Shown here piece after piece: positions 58,772-64,000 of a stretch of DNA of 64,000 nt (the first letter of the stretch is position 1; each line of letters starts with the position of its first letter). The notes beneath the pieces were generated by a model. The model saw nothing but the letters and a program-made list of their open reading frames with translations, had not been told where the DNA came from and made no database searches. This stretch comes from Utricularia gibba (taxonomy: Eukaryota; Plantae; Magnoliophyta). The stretch spans positions 2,666,001-2,730,000 of the forward strand of contig CM007992.1 of the NCBI GenBank assembly GCA_002189035.1, written 5' to 3'. The translations under genes were made by a program, and so were the position numbers.

Positions 58772-60147
58772 TTATATACAAAAATTTTAGCAATGTCGTT
58801 GCAATGAAATTAAAATTTTCGTATCAAATAAATTTATAAGCTCTAATCTATACAAAATAAAAATTTAGAAAACTTGTATAGTGGATTTCGGGGTCGATCA
58901 CGAAGAGCTTGTGCTTGCTAAGTGTTTCAGCAGATGTAGTTTTCCAAATAACAGTAGTTCTTAGTCTAAGTGCAGACTAACAGTGGCAAGCAAGTTCAAT
59001 AAAAAGGATAAGTCTCAACACGGAAAATAACAGGTACTAGTTTTAAAGCAGACTAATGCGAACATACCTGGGTCTGTAGTTGGTGTAGTGCTAAGATGCC
59101 TAATTAAATTTACCATGTTCCTATACTCACAACTTCAAACAACCTAAGTTTACCTAGGTCATTCATAAAATTTTCAGGTAAGCTAGTCCCCAATATCATT
59201 ACCAACATTGTAATTATGTCTACCCGCATGCAAAGTGTAAAGAACTAGGTCTATCCGGTCCCATTGGTTCTATCCTGGACTAATGCCTACTACTCTTACC
59301 TTAATTTGTTGGTCTATCTCTAAATCAAGCATCCTAGTTGCGAAGTTACTTGTTTCCCTTCTTAGGTCTACTCATGGAATGATAGAAACAAGAACTAAGA
59401 AACAATAACAAATTTCATTATCAACCCTAGATTCACACCACCATACTTTACCTTAAAGTATCTCTAAAGTTTTAACTACTCATACATGGAAAATAAAGCA
59501 TGATTTCATTTAGACAATGTGGCGAAAATAATAGAAACACTGTAAGGAAGTCACATACAGAAACTCAAAATGTTCAGAAAATGAAACGGAAATAAAGATT
59601 GTCTGGTTGCTACTGTTCACAACCCGGAACAGTAGCGCTGGATTGGACTCTGGTGCTGTTCTTGAGGATGAAGCCCTCCTTTCCTCTTCTCGTTGGTGTT
59701 TTTCACGTTCCTTCTCCCCTGAGGAGAAGCCCCATTGCGTCGCTCTCTTCGTGTGTGTGTTTCCGGCTTCCCCCTTTTTCGAAAAATATCTCCCCTCCTT
59801 TACTCCGTTGCACTGTTCCTGACACCAGCACTGTTCCCGGCCTGAACTTGTAGATTGTAGGCAGCAGAATAGTGCTCTTTGTCTCTCTTCGGATGTTGTG
59901 CCCTTTTCTACTTATCCCACATATTTGTAAGTCTGATTTTTTACTACTAATCTCCCTGCTGAACTTAGTCAAACATTAGTAATGAAGATGGTGGACTAAA
60001 TCTTTTGATTTAGTCCACTTTTCAACATAAACTCACAAAATTAACATAAACATACGCAAAACATGAAAAACCACATATACCTACCCTAAACCACAATAGA
60101 ACATAACCATTTTGTATTATAAAATTCAAAGAAAATGTGTGTCATCA
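58772..60147 (-). repeat. 5' LTR of the Athila-like element
   Basis: Direct repeat of 49719-51094. The inner terminus is mutated (TTATATACA versus TGATAAACA) and is followed on the minus strand by a PBS stub TTTGGCA. Confidence 0.9.
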
Positions 60148-63100
60148 TTCAAATACTTTTATTATATTGAAAAAACACTCATAGGAGTTAAGAGAAACAT
60201 CTATTGTACTATATTTTCTGAACTTCGGTATCTTTTATTGCATGTTACAAGCATTTTGATTCACTTGTGGCCATGTATGTTGGAGGCCACCGTTTCTCTA
60301 TGATATATGCTGTTGCCAACATATAGACGTGAACTACATGGGCATGGTTACTATAACTACTAGATGTGTATTTCATTTGTGGTCATTATCCAATGTGCAT
60401 AATTAGTTTTTAGATTGGATTGCTAGGTGGATTGTTAGGTGCTGTAAATACAATTCCAATGTTTCAAGTACCTAATGGAATTCTTCACTTCTACCTACTA
60501 TATGTGCAATTGATAAGCCTTACGCATAATAGAAGCAAAAATCTTGATGTCTTAGGGTAAATACAATTTCAATGTTTGAAGGACCTAATGGAATTCTTCA
60601 CTTCTGCTTACAAAATGTACAATTGATAATTGGATACGATATATCACACACATGCAAGAGCACTCTAGTACCTAATAGACATACTGTTGAAAATATGGAC
60701 ATTATTACATGATAGAGGGACAAGGTATAATTACTTTATTTCCTGCATACCACATTCTAAATTAGTTTTTAATTATATTACCATACATGACTTATACTAA
60801 TTGATTTTCAAATTTGATATTATGACTACAAATCACAATGAAGTAGCAATCAATGGAGCTTTTCGAGGGAAGTGTCGCCTGCTGCCTACATTCATTGCCA
60901 AGGTGTGATGCTTACGCACACTAATTCTAATGGCATTTGTTGTTTAACTACCCTTCTAATAACTGTAGACAGCATATACAAAGCAAAGTAGTACTTTGCA
61001 AATAGAACAGTCACTACTCATCAAATGGTTTGATAACAAATCAAGTTTGTAGAAAAAGGTAAAAAGTTCTTTTAGGCAAGCTCGAATAATCTTTCCGGCA
61101 TATGAGTTAAAAAATGCAATAGAGCCATGATGATCGCCTCTTTATAACATGCAGTTATCAATTCTGACAAACTTTTTGAATTTTATGCAATCATGCACAA
61201 CAGGTTTTATCTCTATTTTAAGTATTATGTTATAAGATCATATCTAACTCAGTACCTAATTATCATAACCATATAGATATGCCACTTCTTCAAATTATCT
61301 CCATGTAAGCTATATTGATAGGTTATATTCCTTGAAGAGATTTGTTGATACATACTCAAAACCACTTTAACCTCATCTAAATGAAGCTAAGTGAGATAAT
61401 GCTCCCTATTAGGTAAATGTTATCATCATGGACTAAATACGATGACTCAAGTACATGAATAAGTGGATTGAGGAGTTGATTCATCACATGAGCCCAATCG
61501 CACATCTCAAGACAATCAACACTAAGATAATGGGTGAGTGGTACTACAATCCCTCAAAATGCATGTCATTCTTCATATGCATTGATGCCCCCATCTAATG
61601 CAAATAGATAGTCACATTTGGTGCATACTTTAGGCATTCATTCTATTGTATACCCATTGAGAGATCATAATCATAAGGCACCCGTAGCATACTGAATCTA
61701 ATCCATCCTTATAAGTCAACATCTAGAGTAAAAAGTTTATTTAAAATATCTTCCAAAAACAGATATTAATATTTCAGATAGCATATATTATTTCTTTTCC
61801 AATGTATTATTAACATGTATTTGCATTCAAATTATTATTATTATTATTATTTCAGCATCATCAGTGTGGATATTTTTTGTCTGTGTATGAAACAAAAAAA
61901 TTATACAAATGGACTTCTTGGTTTTATTTGTGAAAACTTTCAGAAATTAATAATTTATATATGATTTTTTGATTAAAGGATTTACAATTAAATTATAAAT
62001 AATTAATTAATTGTAATACTATACTACACAAGTTTTCATTAATAATTATTAGAATCAATAAAATTTTCAAATTTAATAATATTTTTTAATTTGTAATGTT
62101 GTATTATATATAAAAATTAATCATGTTTATTATAGGTGAAACACAATAATATATATTATATGAAAATTAGGGTTGTAAATAAATAAATAAATATATATAT
62201 ATATAATATAGTTATTTGGTCAATATTTACCAAATATGATTATTCAACAAATAAAAATTTTGCAATGAACTATTTTACTGATAATTCCGTAAAATACCAT
62301 TTTCCTAACCTAGTTGTGAAGGCTCATGCTCAATTCAGTAAAATGTTTCAAAACCTGAAATATTATATGATGCATAAATTGTATATTATTATTATAAATA
62401 TAAATAATTAAAAGTGTAATTACAAATATTAGTAACATAGTATTTTTAGTTTTCAATTTTATTAATAACTTTTATAAGTTATTTTTGTTTTATATTAATA
62501 TGAGTACTTTGTAATGAGAAAAATAACTTGTTATAATATATAAAAGTTTTATAAATAATAAAATGTTATTTATTTAATTAATAAAAAAATAATAACGAAA
62601 AAAATCTAGTTTACATTCTTACTTTATTATTATTCTTGTTTGATTATCTCTTTTTAAAATTTTCTTAAAGTCATGTGTAAAAAATAAATCTCCATTGTAC
62701 TATTTGGTGTATATTATGAAATGATTTGATCAGTGACAAACTATGAGATATGTTCTAATCATGTTGAGTATATCTATAATACATATTCAAAAATATTTTA
62801 TAATGATAAAATAAGACTTATACGATAAATTTACATGTAAAATAGAGATAATCTCTAAAGTAATTTTATAAATTCTCTCTATATGTCATTCACAGAAAAA
62901 TGGTACCCATGGTTCTTTTTCACAAAACGTGTTAAGTATGACAAAATTTTTCACAATTGACATACATACAATTCATTGTTAAGTCTGATAGAAAAGGTCT
63001 CCATATTTTCCTAATGTATATTTCAAAGCTTGTTGTTTTTAATGTTCAACACTATGATAAGTTTACCTGCAATGTTTTTGTAGAATATTAGTGGATGGCA

Positions 63101-63619
63101 CATAATTGTGAATGTTGATGTGGTGTTTAGTGAGAAGTTGACTAAAAGGGTGTAAAAAGACCCTACGCATTTTGTTTGGTGTCTAAGAATTATTTTCTTT
63201 GATCATGGAAGTGAAAGGATTATCCACAAGTTCTTTATTGCCAATCATTGTAGCATTTTTTTGGACTTGCTTAACATTTGTTTATATTTTATGATTAAAA
63301 AAAAACATAAGAATAAAGTTAGAAACCAAAAACAATTTTATCATCGAAACAAACAATTTTATCATCTAACAAAATTGACTTAATTTTACATATTTTGTAG
63401 TATATTGATCTTTTCGAATTTTACAAGAACTATGATTATATCAATATTTTTCATGTATTGTGCACTTTATACCCACGTTTCAAAAAGTAGAAACCAATTT
63501 TACTTTGTTTTTAAATAATAGGAATGAACAATATAAATTTAAATCCCATTTTTATATTTAATTTGAAGCCTCGGGACTGTTGTGACTAATAACACAAATG
63601 TAAGTTGTATAATAGGGGT

Positions 63620-63654
63620 CACGTGCTACAGTGAAGCCACCGACAGCTCACATG
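63620..63654. promoter_or_regulatory. Compact G-box + DRE + MYC-site cluster, possibly the promoter of a gene extending beyond the window
   Basis: CACGTG (63620), ACCGAC (63639) and CACATG (63649) within 35 bp, followed by more GC-rich, UTR-like sequence to the window end. Confidence 0.35.
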
Positions 63655-64000
63655 CGATTAAAGGTGTGTCAGAATGATTAAATTATTGTTTTACGGTTTT
63701 TTTTAATTAAGAAAAATTAACTTACATTTGGCGTTTGATTCTGTTGCTCCCGGCGCGGTGACTGGGTTGTTCTTTCCTAAGCACAATTTCTTCCCAATCC
63801 ACTCTTGTGGCTCCATTTGAACTCTGGCCTCTCATTTAATTCATACAGCTGTTGGAGCTGTTGAATACTTCAGTGAAATTACAGGTCTTGAATGTATTCT
63901 CGTTTCCGGCGGTGGTTGGAATCCAGAGTAGAGTCTGCCTCTCTAATTATGAACTCTTGAGTAATGATGCATTTTATGGAAAACTTGTTCTGCAGTAGCA

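Larger units (their letters stand above)
49719..60147 (-). mobile_element. Full-length Athila-like Ty3/gypsy LTR retrotransposon (about 10.4 kb), coding region decayed
   Basis: LTRs 49719-51094 and 58772-60147 (both 1376 bp). Minus-strand order is gag (PEIERT, MVKYFYDGL), protease (VQIELADR...VEDVLV...FPADF), RT (WVSPIHVVPKK, WRICIDYRKLN, IFMDDF), RNase H ([12 protein letters not shown]), integrase (YHPQTNGQTEVSNREIK). Flanks TTTAG/TTCAA match only 3 of 5. Confidence 0.95.

Noticed and set aside
60148-63600. AT-rich tract searched for the remaining AGAL exons or other genes
   Set aside because: No recognisable exons or ORFs; it appears to be intergenic DNA and unclassifiable TE remnants.
1-64000. 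tRNA, rRNA, CRISPR arrays, organellar insertions
   Set aside because: None recognised; no regularly spaced repeat-spacer arrays or prokaryotic-type operons are visible.

Overview
AT-rich plant (most likely eudicot) nuclear genomic DNA with spliced genes among transposons. Host genes, left to right: the 3' end of an ALA2-like P4-ATPase (+), GatC (-), a conserved plant protein of unknown function (-), ELF3 (-), two tandem UGT91-type glycosyltransferases (+), a D-amino-acid transaminase/ADC-lyase-like gene (+), an orphan two-exon alpha-galactosidase fragment (+), an intronless RING-H2 gene with five PAM2-like motifs (-), and an alpha-galactosidase gene that stops after six recognisable exons (+). 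Mobile elements: a decayed Copia, a full-length Copia (TSD CATAG) ending just upstream of the transaminase, a full-length Athila-like Ty3/gypsy with 1376-bp LTRs and an extra ORF, two related solo LTRs (one with TSD GCAGT), a Mutator-like element (TSD AGAATTTAA) carrying a transposase plus a convergent Plant Mobile Domain gene, and several MITEs. Five host genes (unknown protein, ELF3, both UGTs, transaminase) each contain one -1 frameshift next to a G/C run of 4-5 bases. This most likely reflects homopolymer errors in the assembly, but it needs checking because a true ELF3 frameshift would matter. The most novel-looking gene is the multi-PAM2 RING-H2 protein. All family assignments come from recognising motifs by eye; no searches were run.
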